Source: Promethearchaeota archaeon
GTDB lineage: Archaea; Asgardarchaeota; Lokiarchaeia; Sigyniarchaeales; SOKP01
Direction: 5' to 3'
DNA length: 64,000 nucleotides
NCBI GenBank assembly: GCA_048937405.1
Contig: JBHLNF010000005.1
Coordinates: forward strand, 160,001 to 224,000
Position numbers and translations under genes: made by a program. This document shows positions 30,571 through 40,206 of this stretch, piece by piece (the first letter of the stretch is position 1; the number at the start of each line of letters is the position of its first letter). Under the pieces are notes generated by a model, which saw only the letters and a program-made list of their open reading frames with translations, was not told the DNA's origin and ran no database searches.

Positions 30571-32280
30571 GTGACATGGATGGAATTAAAATTGAGAAGA
30601 AGGATCTTACCTAATGAAAGAAGGAGTATTTTGAAAAATTTACTTAATAAAAAGGGTTTTGCTAGAATTCTCGAAACCCATAATGGTTTGAGTGCCATAA
30701 TTGCTAATAATATAAAGGAAATAAATAAGGGTGAAATTCTTGAATTTAATGGATTTTGGGTGAGTAGTTTTACGGATAGCGCTGCTAAAGGATATCCTGA
30801 TATTGAAATTATTGGTATGGAGTCACGATATGAAACGATTCGTCAAATTCTAAATAATACAAATAAACCTATAATAATAGATGGCGATACTGGAGGGGAA
30901 GCAGCAAATTTCGAATATTTTGTAAGATCTTTAGAAGACATGGGAGTTTCAATGGTTATTATTGAAGATAAAAAGTTTCCAAAAAGAAATAGTTTGGAAA
31001 GTGGTACAATCCAAGATCAAGAAGATCCAGAGATTTTCTCAATAAAAATCAAAAGAGGCAAAGAGGTTCAAATATCAAAAGATTTCATGATTGTTGCTAG
31101 AATCGAAAGTTTAATTTCAGGATTAGGGTTAAAGGATGCTCTCTTTAGAGCAAAGAAGTATTTATTAGCAGGAGCAGATGGAATTATGATTCATTCCAAA
31201 AGTATTGATCCTAAAGAAATATTAGAATTTGCTGTGGAGTATAATAAATTATCAAAAGAATTAGGTTTTAGGAAACCACTGGTCTGTGTTCCTACAACGT
31301 ATAATACCGTTTCAGAGGAAAATTTACAAGATTATGGTTTTAATATTGTTATATATGCTAATCATCTCTTAAGAGCTGCTCATAAGGCTATGAAGGAAAC
31401 AGCTTCAATAATTTTAAGAAATAAAAGAGCATTTGAAGCAGAAACTATGTGCAGCCCTGTAAAATCAGTTTTTAGAGATGTTGGGTTTCTAGATGTTAAA
31501 GAAAAGGATATGAAATATATTAAAGGTATTACAAAAGTTATTATTCCTGCAGCTGGTGAAGATCCTGAATTTGAAATTCCTAAAGCAATGACGACTTTAA
31601 AGGGTAAAACAATTCTACAACGACAAATAGAAACATTGAAGAATTGTGGAATTACTGATATTATTGTAATAAGAGGATTTAAAAAAGAGGATATTAATGT
31701 TGATGGCATAAGATACATTGATAATGATGAATACAACAAGTACCATATTTTACATTCATTATTTAAAGCAGAAAATGAAATGCAAGGAGGTTTCATATTT
31801 ATTTATTCAGATATTTTATTCAATGAGCAAATAATCAAAAATTTGTTAATGGTAAAAGGAGATATTATTTTAGTTTTGGATAATTCTTATACTTATCATA
31901 AACACAAGATTGATAAAAACCTTGATTTAATTTTAACAAAAAATAAACCAAGTGAACAGTCTAGAGATTTATACCAAAAAAAGAATGAAATTATACGAAT
32001 TGGTAAACAAATAAATATGGATATGGCAGATTTTGAATTTACGGGTATTGCATATTTTTCAGAATATGGTGTTGAGATTATTAGACGAATATATAATGAG
32101 TGCAATTTGACCCATAAGGGAAAATTTCATGAAGCAGATTCATTTCAGAAAGCATCTTTTGTAGATCTGATACAAGAAGTAATAGATAGAGGTTTCAGAG
32201 TGGACATTTTGGAAGTTCATAAAGGATGGTTTGAACTCCATAATAAAAAAGATGTTGAGGTAGCTGAAAGATTAATCTAA
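30571..32280 (+). CDS. pepM: phosphoenolpyruvate mutase fused to a C-terminal nucleotidyltransferase
   Basis: PepM-diagnostic EDKxxxxxNS (EDKKFPKRNS, 30964-30993), DGDTGG, ARIES, IHSK, VPTTY, YAN; C-terminal IPAAG...YSDIL NTP-transferase; ATG at 30580 is an alternative start. Confidence 0.93.
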   Translation: MTWMELKLRRRILPNERRSILKNLLNKKGFARILETHNGLSAIIANNIKEINKGEILEFNGFWVSSFTDSAAKGYPDIEIIGMESRYETIRQILNNTNKPIIIDGDTGGEAANFEYFVRSLEDMGVSMVIIEDKKFPKRNSLESGTIQDQEDPEIFSIKIKRGKEVQISKDFMIVARIESLISGLGLKDALFRAKKYLLAGADGIMIHSKSIDPKEILEFAVEYNKLSKELGFRKPLVCVPTTYNTVSEENLQDYGFNIVIYANHLLRAAHKAMKETASIILRNKRAFEAETMCSPVKSVFRDVGFLDVKEKDMKYIKGITKVIIPAAGEDPEFEIPKAMTTLKGKTILQRQIETLKNCGITDIIVIRGFKKEDINVDGIRYIDNDEYNKYHILHSLFKAENEMQGGFIFIYSDILFNEQIIKNLLMVKGDIILVLDNSYTYHKHKIDKNLDLILTKNKPSEQSRDLYQKKNEIIRIGKQINMDMADFEFTGIAYFSEYGVEIIRRIYNECNLTHKGKFHEADSFQKASFVDLIQEVIDRGFRVDILEVHKGWFELHNKKDVEVAERLI

Positions 32281-32304
32281 TTTTAAATAAGAGTAGGTTA
32301 TAGG

Positions 32305-33441
32305 ATGAATGAATATATAGGATATGGTTCTATATCGAAGCTTAAATATATTTTAAAGAATGAAAATTTCAAAGATATTTTTCTTATAACTGGAAATTCA
32401 AAGTTAGAATTAAACAATATCAATAAAGTTAAAACTATTGTAAAGAAATATTCAAATTTCTTTCATTTTAATGATATTGCTCCAACTCCTTCAGTCTTGG
32501 GTATTGAAAAAGCATTAAATTCTTTTAAAAAGAAGAAATATGATTCTATTATTGCATTGGGAGGAGGATCAGTCTTAGATATTGGAAAAAGTGTTTCAAT
32601 TTTTTCTACTAATGAAGGAAAAATAGAAGATTATCTTCTAAAAAAAGAAAAACTGAGAAGAAAAGGAATCCCTTTAATATTAATTCCAACAACCTCAGGA
32701 ACTGGAAGTGAAGCAACTCACTTTGCTGTTATATTTATTGAAAAAACAAAATATTCTCTGGCAGATCCAATATTAATTTCTCCAAAATATACTATTGTAG
32801 ATCCTGAACTAACATACAGTCTTCCAAAAAGAATTACTGCATATACTGGTATGGATGCATTATGTCAAGCGATTGAATCTTATTGGAATATTAATTCTAC
32901 AAATGAATCCAAGAATTACGCAAAAAAAGCGATAAAACTCATATTGAAAAACTTATTTAATGCCGTTCACAATCCTGATAAAAAATCAAGATATAGTATG
33001 GCAATTGCTGCACATTTTTCTGGTAAAGCAATTAATATTACAAAAACTACTGCTTGTCATGCTATCTCATATCCTATTACCTCATATTTTAATGTACCAC
33101 ATGGACATGCGGTAGCTCTAACTTTACCATCAATGTTTATTTTTAATTCAAATGCAAATGAAAAAGATATCAATGATCTTCGTGGAGTTGATTTTGTTAA
33201 AATGACAATGAATGAACTCATCTCAATTCTAGGAGTTTCTAATTTTACTGACGCAAAAAATAAAATTAAAAATTTAATTAAAAATATAGGTTTAGAAACA
33301 AATCTAGGAGATTTAGGGATAAAAACTCAAGATGATATAGAAATAATTATAAAAAATGGATTTAATCCAGAAAGAGTTAAAAATAATCCCAGAATTTTAA
33401 CTGAAACTCAATTAAGAGAGATTTTAGAGGATATTAAATGA
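32305..33441 (+). CDS. phosphonoacetaldehyde reductase (Fe-containing ADH, PhpC-like)
   Basis: GGGSVLD, PTTSGTGSE, DALCQAIES, TTACHAISY, PHG; between pepM and ppd. Confidence 0.87.
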   Translation: MNEYIGYGSISKLKYILKNENFKDIFLITGNSKLELNNINKVKTIVKKYSNFFHFNDIAPTPSVLGIEKALNSFKKKKYDSIIALGGGSVLDIGKSVSIFSTNEGKIEDYLLKKEKLRRKGIPLILIPTTSGTGSEATHFAVIFIEKTKYSLADPILISPKYTIVDPELTYSLPKRITAYTGMDALCQAIESYWNINSTNESKNYAKKAIKLILKNLFNAVHNPDKKSRYSMAIAAHFSGKAINITKTTACHAISYPITSYFNVPHGHAVALTLPSMFIFNSNANEKDINDLRGVDFVKMTMNELISILGVSNFTDAKNKIKNLIKNIGLETNLGDLGIKTQDDIEIIIKNGFNPERVKNNPRILTETQLREILEDIK

Positions 33442-34154
33442 AAGTATTATTGTTAAACTCAGGTATTGGAAAAAGATTAGCTCCATTAACGAATAACTTA
33501 CCAAAATGTCTTATAAAAATATCAGATAATGAAACTATATTAGACCATCAATTAAAGAGTATAATAAAGTGTGGTTTCACAGAATTTATCATTACTACTG
33601 GTCCATTTGAGGATAAAATCAAAAATCATATTGAAAAATTTTATCCTTCTATTTATGTTGACTATGTAATTAACCCATTATATAACAAAACTAACTATAT
33701 TTATTCTCTTTATTTAACGCGGAATAAAATCAATGATGATGTCCTATATTCACATGGTGATTTAATCTTTTCTGAAAATTTAGTAAAATTATTGCTTGAA
33801 TCTAAGTATAAGGATTGTGTATTAGTAAATAAAGATATTCCACCTCCAGAAAAAGATTTTAAATCAAAAATTCTTGATAATAGAATATTTAAAATAGGCG
33901 TTAATTTGAAAGGTGTTAGTACAGCTTTTTTAGCTCCATTATATAAATTAACAAAAAATTTTATGTTAAGATGGATTCAAGAAATTGAATTTTTCATAGA
34001 AAATAAGAGAGTAAATTGCTATGCCGAAGATGCTTTAAATGAAATTTTAAATGAACTTATTTTAAAACCTTGTTATTATAATGAATTTTGTGTTGAAATT
34101 GATGATTATCAAGATTTAGAAGGAGTTAAAAATTATTTAAACAAATATATATAA
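33438..34154 (+). CDS. phosphonate/phosphocholine cytidylyltransferase (LicC/PntC-like)
   Basis: LLNSGIGKRL.PLT...PKCL, TNYIYSL, HGDL, EIDD..D. Confidence 0.82.
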   Translation: MKVLLLNSGIGKRLAPLTNNLPKCLIKISDNETILDHQLKSIIKCGFTEFIITTGPFEDKIKNHIEKFYPSIYVDYVINPLYNKTNYIYSLYLTRNKINDDVLYSHGDLIFSENLVKLLLESKYKDCVLVNKDIPPPEKDFKSKILDNRIFKIGVNLKGVSTAFLAPLYKLTKNFMLRWIQEIEFFIENKRVNCYAEDALNEILNELILKPCYYNEFCVEIDDYQDLEGVKNYLNKYI

Positions 34155-34170
34155 AAATTTAGATAATTCA

Positions 34171-35316
34171 ATGGTAAAAATGATTGTGTGTGAAGAATTT
34201 ATAAAAATTTTAGAGAAATATGATTTTACTTTTTTTACGGGTATCCCAGACTCAACTTTTAAGGATTTGATGAAATATTTAACTGATAATCCTAATGGGA
34301 ACCTTAAAAATATAGTTGCCTGTAATGAATGTGAAGCAATTGCTATAGCGTCAGGTTATCATTTAGCAACAAATAATATAGGAATTGTTTATATGCAAAA
34401 TTCTGGATTTGGAAAAACTGTTAACCCTCTTACATCTTTATGTGATCCTGAAGTATATTCAATACCTATCCTTTTAATGATTGGATGGCGGGGAGAACCA
34501 AACATAATGGATGCCCCACAACATAAAAAAATGGGAATAATTACATTACCTATTTTGGAAACTCTCCAAATACCTTATGAAGTATTGGAACCTAATCTAC
34601 AAAAGATAGATAAAGCATTAAATCACGCATTAGACTATTTTACCAACAAAAAAGGACCCTATGCTTTAATATTTCGGAGGAATTTCTTTCAAAATTATGA
34701 AATGAAGACTTCTTTAACAAATAATTATCATTTAACTACAAGGGAAGTTATTCAGATAATTTTAGATAGTTTTTCTACTGATGAAATTGTAGTTTCTACT
34801 ACTGGTTATATATCGAGAAGAATTTTTGAATATAGAGAAAAAAATATAAAAGATCATCATAAAAGTTTCTATAATATAGGTTCAATGGGATGTGCTAGCT
34901 CTATTGGATTAAGTATAGCTCTACAAAAACAAAAGAATAGGGTTATTGTTTTTGATGGGGATGGTGCTGCTATAATGCAAATGGGGGCATTTTCAACTAT
35001 AGGAAAATATGCACCTTCTAATTTTGTTCATATAATTATAGATAATGAAGCTCATGAATCTACTGGGTGTCAACCAACAAATTCAGCTAGTATAAAATTT
35101 ATAGATATAGCTAGAGCATCCAATTATAAGTGGAATGTTAAGGTTGAGAGAAAAGATGAATTATATGAAGTTTTAGATATTATTCAAAATCGAAATGGAC
35201 CAATTTTAATTGTAATAAAAACAAAGATTCATTCTGAACCAGATTTGAAAAGACCAGATAAACTTCCAAGGGAATATAAAAAAGACTTTATGAGGTATCT
35301 ATCTAAATTAAACTAG
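34171..35316 (+). CDS. ppd: phosphonopyruvate decarboxylase (ThDP)
   Basis: FTGIPDS, YMQNSG.G..VNPL.SL, IGWRGEP....PQH, TTG..SR, GSMG, DGDGA, N..HESTG.QPT. Confidence 0.92.
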   Translation: MVKMIVCEEFIKILEKYDFTFFTGIPDSTFKDLMKYLTDNPNGNLKNIVACNECEAIAIASGYHLATNNIGIVYMQNSGFGKTVNPLTSLCDPEVYSIPILLMIGWRGEPNIMDAPQHKKMGIITLPILETLQIPYEVLEPNLQKIDKALNHALDYFTNKKGPYALIFRRNFFQNYEMKTSLTNNYHLTTREVIQIILDSFSTDEIVVSTTGYISRRIFEYREKNIKDHHKSFYNIGSMGCASSIGLSIALQKQKNRVIVFDGDGAAIMQMGAFSTIGKYAPSNFVHIIIDNEAHESTGCQPTNSASIKFIDIARASNYKWNVKVERKDELYEVLDIIQNRNGPILIVIKTKIHSEPDLKRPDKLPREYKKDFMRYLSKLN

Positions 35317-35459
35317 TGATTTATAAACTAAATATTAAAATAATTTTCTTCATGAAATTTTTATTTATTATAAAATTTCATTAGATAATTTAAAAACTCA
35401 TGATTAAGTTAAAATTTAAAATACTAATTAATTAACCAGAAAAAAGAGTTAAATGATTT

Positions 35460-36431
35460 ATGACACTTGAAGATAGAAGAATTTTAGTTACTGGTGCTGC
35501 AGGATTTATTGGGAGTAATTTAACTGATAAATTACTTAATTCAGGTGCAAATGTAATTGGTATTGATAATCTATTTAATGGGCGATTGGAAAACCTAGAT
35601 AAGGCTTTTAATAATAAAAATTTTCATTTCTATAAAGGAGATATAAGGGATTTTAATTTTTTACTTGACATTTTTAAAGATATTGATATAATTTTTCACG
35701 AAGCTGCATTTACTAGTGTCCCTCAGTCAGTTATAATGCCCGAATCTTGTAATGATGTTAATGTAAATGGTACTTTAAATGTGTTAAATGCTGCTAGGAA
35801 AAGAGATGTTGAAAGAATTATTTTTGCTTCGAGTTCAGGAGTATATGGAGATACTCCAACATTACCCAAAAAAGAAAGTATGCCAAGAATACCAATATCT
35901 CCTTATGGTGTAGCTAAATTAGCTTGTGAAGCATATATGCAGGCTTTTTATCATGTTTATGGTTTAAATACGCTTTCTTTAAGATATTTTAATGTTTTTG
36001 GACCTAGACAACGAGATTCTCCATATAGTGGGGTAATTGCAATTTGGCTTGGAAAATTAATCAGTAATAACAATTTAATAATATTTGGTGATGGAGATCA
36101 ATCAAGAGATTTTACATATATTAAAGATGTTATTCAAGCAAATATCTTAGCAGTTGAAAATACAATTTCAGGAGAAATATTTAATATTGGTGCGGGGGTT
36201 CCAATAAAAGTATTAGATCTTGCAAAATTAATGCTAAAACTCACAAATAAAGAGGATTTAAAAATCATTTTTGATCCTCCAAGACCTGGAGATATAATGC
36301 ACAGTTATGCTGATATTTCAAAAGCTAAAGAGTTTTTAAAATTTCAACCAAAATACAATCAAGAACAAGGTCTAAGAGATTACTTTAAATGGTATTTTGA
36401 AAAATATAAGATTAATTTAATTTTAAATTAA
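35460..36431 (+). CDS. UDP-hexose/HexNAc 4-epimerase (extended SDR)
   Basis: VTGAAGFIGS, HEAA, ASSS.VYG, SPYGVAK, LRYFNVFGPRQ, RDFTY. Confidence 0.9.
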   Translation: MTLEDRRILVTGAAGFIGSNLTDKLLNSGANVIGIDNLFNGRLENLDKAFNNKNFHFYKGDIRDFNFLLDIFKDIDIIFHEAAFTSVPQSVIMPESCNDVNVNGTLNVLNAARKRDVERIIFASSSGVYGDTPTLPKKESMPRIPISPYGVAKLACEAYMQAFYHVYGLNTLSLRYFNVFGPRQRDSPYSGVIAIWLGKLISNNNLIIFGDGDQSRDFTYIKDVIQANILAVENTISGEIFNIGAGVPIKVLDLAKLMLKLTNKEDLKIIFDPPRPGDIMHSYADISKAKEFLKFQPKYNQEQGLRDYFKWYFEKYKINLILN

Positions 36432-36445
36432 ATATAAGTACAACC

Positions 36446-38731
36446 ATGGAAATTTTTAGAAGTAAATTCAAAAATATTCTAATTTTTCTATATTCAAGAA
36501 TTCATTTAGTTGTCTTTTTAATTTCAGTTACTTCTCTTATATTCATTTTTTTTAAAATTATTAATTTAGAATTAATTTTAGGATTTTCAGAAAATTTGTT
36601 TTTTGCCTCAGTCTTTCAAACATTGGTTATTTTAAGTACAATTTATACTATTTTATTTTTACCGACTTATCCAGTTTTTTTCATAATTTTTAAAGAGAAG
36701 TCTTTCAATTATTTAGAAAAATTAAGTTTAACTATAGTCATAAATTCTGCTTTTTACATTCTCATGGGATATATGGGATTTCTCATTAGAATTCCGTTAA
36801 CCAAATTCTTTTTCTTTTTTTCAGCATCAATTTTTTTTTTTTTAATAATTGGATATATTATCATTTTCGAATCTAAGAAAAATCTATATGTTTTTATCAG
36901 ATCAAAAGATATTTCTACTTTAAAGAAAGAGAATTTAAGTATAATTTATTTCATTAAATATCTCAAAAATTTATTCTCTTTTAATATTATTTTATTAATA
37001 GTTTTCTTATTTCTTATTTGTATTTTAAATATCGTCAAAGTTAATAATTTTATTGGAACTGATCCTTGGCTTCATATCCTTAATAGTACAGTTCTTACAG
37101 ATCTTAATATTTTACCTTTGGAAGGATATCATGGTACGATGGGATTAAACATATTTGAAGGCGTAATCTATTTCTTTTCTGGAATAGAACACATTCGTAT
37201 ACCCAGTTATTTTGTATTTTACACATTCTTTGTGTCAGGTTTAATTTTTTATAATATTTGTATGAGAATTTTTAAAGATCAAAATTTAGCCATATTTGGA
37301 GTATTTCTTTTAGAATTTTCTTCTTTAGGTTTCTCCGTAATGATGATTCAATATTGGCCTTCTGGTTCAGCATTAATTAAATGTTTAATGATTTTTTTCC
37401 TTTTATATGTAAGACTCGAGAATTTTATTAAATCAGAACGTCCTTCTAAAAGAACTATTTTCTTAAATATATATTTTGATTATGCATTAATTACATTAAT
37501 TTTTATCAGCTCAGTTCTCACCCATGATGTAACAACGTTATTCTTCTTGTTTTCTTTTCTATGGTTATATTTAATTTATTTTTTAAGAGATTATAGGAGA
37601 GGATTTGATTTTATATTCTTATGCTTATTATTAGTCTTATTTCTTGTTTTTTCTATTTTTGGAATAGGTGAAGGACATTACTGGTTTATTGAATCATTAG
37701 AAATTTCATGGTACTATCTTGTTTTAGGGATTTTAACAGGTGGTCCAATATTGATAATTATTTTGTGGAAATTTAGTAAATCAATTAATTTTACTAATGG
37801 AAAATTTAGTGCTACAATTAAGGGAGAAACTAGTATCCATTATAAAAAAATTGAGGAGAAGATAATAATTCCGCTAATTTCAAGTGTTATATTCTTATCC
37901 CTTATGATTTTTTTAATACTAGACAATATTTGGATGAATATAGGAATAATAAATATCCTTTATATGATTGAGATAATAACGATAAGTAGTTTCGCTATTT
38001 GGGGGTTAATTATCTTCCAAAAAAAACAAAGTGGTAAAGCATTGTTTATCTGGGGAATAGGATTATTATTATTCCTATTAACTGGATTTGTATTTGATTT
38101 CTTTGTATTGAATAATATGATTTGGCAGAGAATACTCTATTTAATCCCTCCTATTATTGTCTTCGGATTTCTAGCGTATATATATAAACTCATTAAATTA
38201 AATTCTTTTAGAACATTTCAAAAGAAATTTGTATTTTTGTTTATTATATTATTTTCACTATTTGTTTCTTACTTTTATGAATCAAAATCTTTTGAGATTT
38301 TTATATTAAAAGATAGAGAAATTAGCTCAATTCAATGGTATTCTAATAGGACAAATAATAAAAATGTTATAATTACTGAAGTTGGCTGGAGTCATGTTTT
38401 TAGATATTATGATTATCTTTATGGTAATAATTCAGAACCACTTCCTTATGATCAAAATTTTTATTTTCTAAAATCCAAAATAGATCTTTTTCCTCCAAAT
38501 AATCACTACAATGAAAGTGAGGTAAATATTTTAGAGTATATTAAAGGCAAATATAATACTGATGTCTTTATCCTATTTGCAGACGATTATATTATTAACA
38601 GAGGTTTTGATTTATTTGGTCACTTAAGTGAAGAAGAGAGAGAACAATATTATTCTCTTAATTATTTAAATAAAATTTGCGTTTCAAGCACAGAGGAGGG
38701 AAGAGAAATTCCTTTATATTGGGTTATCTAA
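36446..38731 (+). CDS. polytopic membrane protein, putative GT-C glycosyltransferase
   Basis: Many TM segments, GTDPWLH loop motif, soluble C-terminal domain. Confidence 0.5.
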   Translation: MEIFRSKFKNILIFLYSRIHLVVFLISVTSLIFIFFKIINLELILGFSENLFFASVFQTLVILSTIYTILFLPTYPVFFIIFKEKSFNYLEKLSLTIVINSAFYILMGYMGFLIRIPLTKFFFFFSASIFFFLIIGYIIIFESKKNLYVFIRSKDISTLKKENLSIIYFIKYLKNLFSFNIILLIVFLFLICILNIVKVNNFIGTDPWLHILNSTVLTDLNILPLEGYHGTMGLNIFEGVIYFFSGIEHIRIPSYFVFYTFFVSGLIFYNICMRIFKDQNLAIFGVFLLEFSSLGFSVMMIQYWPSGSALIKCLMIFFLLYVRLENFIKSERPSKRTIFLNIYFDYALITLIFISSVLTHDVTTLFFLFSFLWLYLIYFLRDYRRGFDFIFLCLLLVLFLVFSIFGIGEGHYWFIESLEISWYYLVLGILTGGPILIIILWKFSKSINFTNGKFSATIKGETSIHYKKIEEKIIIPLISSVIFLSLMIFLILDNIWMNIGIINILYMIEIITISSFAIWGLIIFQKKQSGKALFIWGIGLLLFLLTGFVFDFFVLNNMIWQRILYLIPPIIVFGFLAYIYKLIKLNSFRTFQKKFVFLFIILFSLFVSYFYESKSFEIFILKDREISSIQWYSNRTNNKNVIITEVGWSHVFRYYDYLYGNNSEPLPYDQNFYFLKSKIDLFPPNNHYNESEVNILEYIKGKYNTDVFILFADDYIINRGFDLFGHLSEEEREQYYSLNYLNKICVSSTEEGREIPLYWVI

Positions 38732-39521
38732 AGATTTCAAAATCAGCTTCGATAAAAGAACGTAATTTATCTTTTAATATAGTAGTTTTATCTCGTTCAA
38801 TCTTAATTAATTGTGGTAATTTACCTGTATGTCCCACTTTATTTTCTCTCGAAATAAAAGTCCCGATAACTCCCTCAATGTCATTTGCTTTCTCCAATGC
38901 TTTCTTTATAGATTTTTCAATATCTGGCCCTTTAACAACATTACAAATTTTAGTGGCTGCCGCATCTGCTAGAGCACAACTCTTGGCAAAAACAGTGACA
39001 GCATCAGCTTGTCCAAAGCTGATAGCATGACCAACTGTGGCAGAACTTGTTCCTATTCCAATTGGACAATCTTTTTTTTTTATCATAAATCCTAAATTCA
39101 GATTTAATTCATTTTTCCCTGCATATAATGCTATTTTAATAGGTTCTTCAGAATCAACTGCAATTTCACCACCATTTTCAACTAAAGCAACTTTAAAAGA
39201 AGATGGGTTAATATTTTTATAATTATTGTTTGAGTTCATTGCTTCAAGCATCAAATCTGCTAAAGCTCCTGCTACAGAAGCCATTGGTCCGACATCACAT
39301 ATTTCTGCGACTTCTACCATATTATTAATAATTCTTAAGTCAGTATTAACTTTAATCGGAGAAAATGAATTGAGAAAATCTTTATCGTTTTTAATATATT
39401 GCTCTAATAATTCTCGGTGATAATAAAAACACTCTTTTGCCCTTAAAATGGCGTTCTTAGAATCTGATATGATAGTAACATCCGATTCTTTTTCAATAAA
39501 ACGAGTTTTGAAAGTTTTCAA
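38724..39521 (-). CDS. UPF0280 (ApbE-like) protein
   Basis: VGPMASVAGA, ENGGEI, GTSSATVGHAISFG.ADAVTV, ADAAAT..CN. Confidence 0.88.
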   Translation of the reverse strand: MKTFKTRFIEKESDVTIISDSKNAILRAKECFYYHRELLEQYIKNDKDFLNSFSPIKVNTDLRIINNMVEVAEICDVGPMASVAGALADLMLEAMNSNNNYKNINPSSFKVALVENGGEIAVDSEEPIKIALYAGKNELNLNLGFMIKKKDCPIGIGTSSATVGHAISFGQADAVTVFAKSCALADAAATKICNVVKGPDIEKSIKKALEKANDIEGVIGTFISRENKVGHTGKLPQLIKIERDKTTILKDKLRSFIEADFEIFR

Positions 39522-39634
39522 TTATAATTATAAGATGTAATTATTAAATTAGTAATTATATAAGGAGTCTAAGAACTAAACAAATATAAATAAATTCAAT
39601 TTTATTATTAAATTAAAAACTATCTCTCTTAATT

Positions 39635-40126
39635 ATGAATCAAGTTAACTACGAGGAAATAATTTCTCAATTAAAATCTGACCTAAATGCGGAATGTGCT
39701 ATAGCAAATAAGTATGGAATTATTTTAGGATCACTAATAAAAGAATTCGGTAAAGATAAAGTTATTCCACAAGCAATATTATCATTGATTTCTAATTCTA
39801 AAGAAATTGCTAACGAATTAAACTTAAATAAGATAAATTCTTTTGCATTGGAAGCACAAGAGTACAATTATTTGTTTACATTTAGTGATGAATTGATATT
39901 AATCTCAAAATTAGATTTAAATGTTAATTTAGCAAAATTCATGCCAAGTATTAGTGTTTTTTTAAAAAAACTAAGTATGAGCGTAAAAGAAGAAAAGATT
40001 ATGGAATTTTCTGTCTTTGATTTTTCAAAAGAAGTATCTAAAATAGAAGAAACAATAGAGAAAGAAAAAGTTAGGAAAAATAAATATTCTATTATTAAAG
40101 ATTTAGTAAAACATATCTCAAATTGA
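39635..40126 (+). CDS. roadblock/longin-like small protein
   Basis: helix-CAIANKYGIILGS-helix-beta strands-helix pattern; upstream of a longin-GTPase. Confidence 0.55.
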   Translation: MNQVNYEEIISQLKSDLNAECAIANKYGIILGSLIKEFGKDKVIPQAILSLISNSKEIANELNLNKINSFALEAQEYNYLFTFSDELILISKLDLNVNLAKFMPSISVFLKKLSMSVKEEKIMEFSVFDFSKEVSKIEETIEKEKVRKNKYSIIKDLVKHISN

Positions 40127-40206
40127 TTTAACAAATTAATAATTATTAATAATCTTGGTGAAACATCATTTTAAGGCAAGTATTTATTTATAGAAATAGT
40201 GAACTA

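Noticed and set aside
30571-31500. Isocitrate lyase/methylisocitrate lyase assignment
   Set aside because: It has the PepM EDKxxxxxNS motif, not KKCGH, and sits with Ppd
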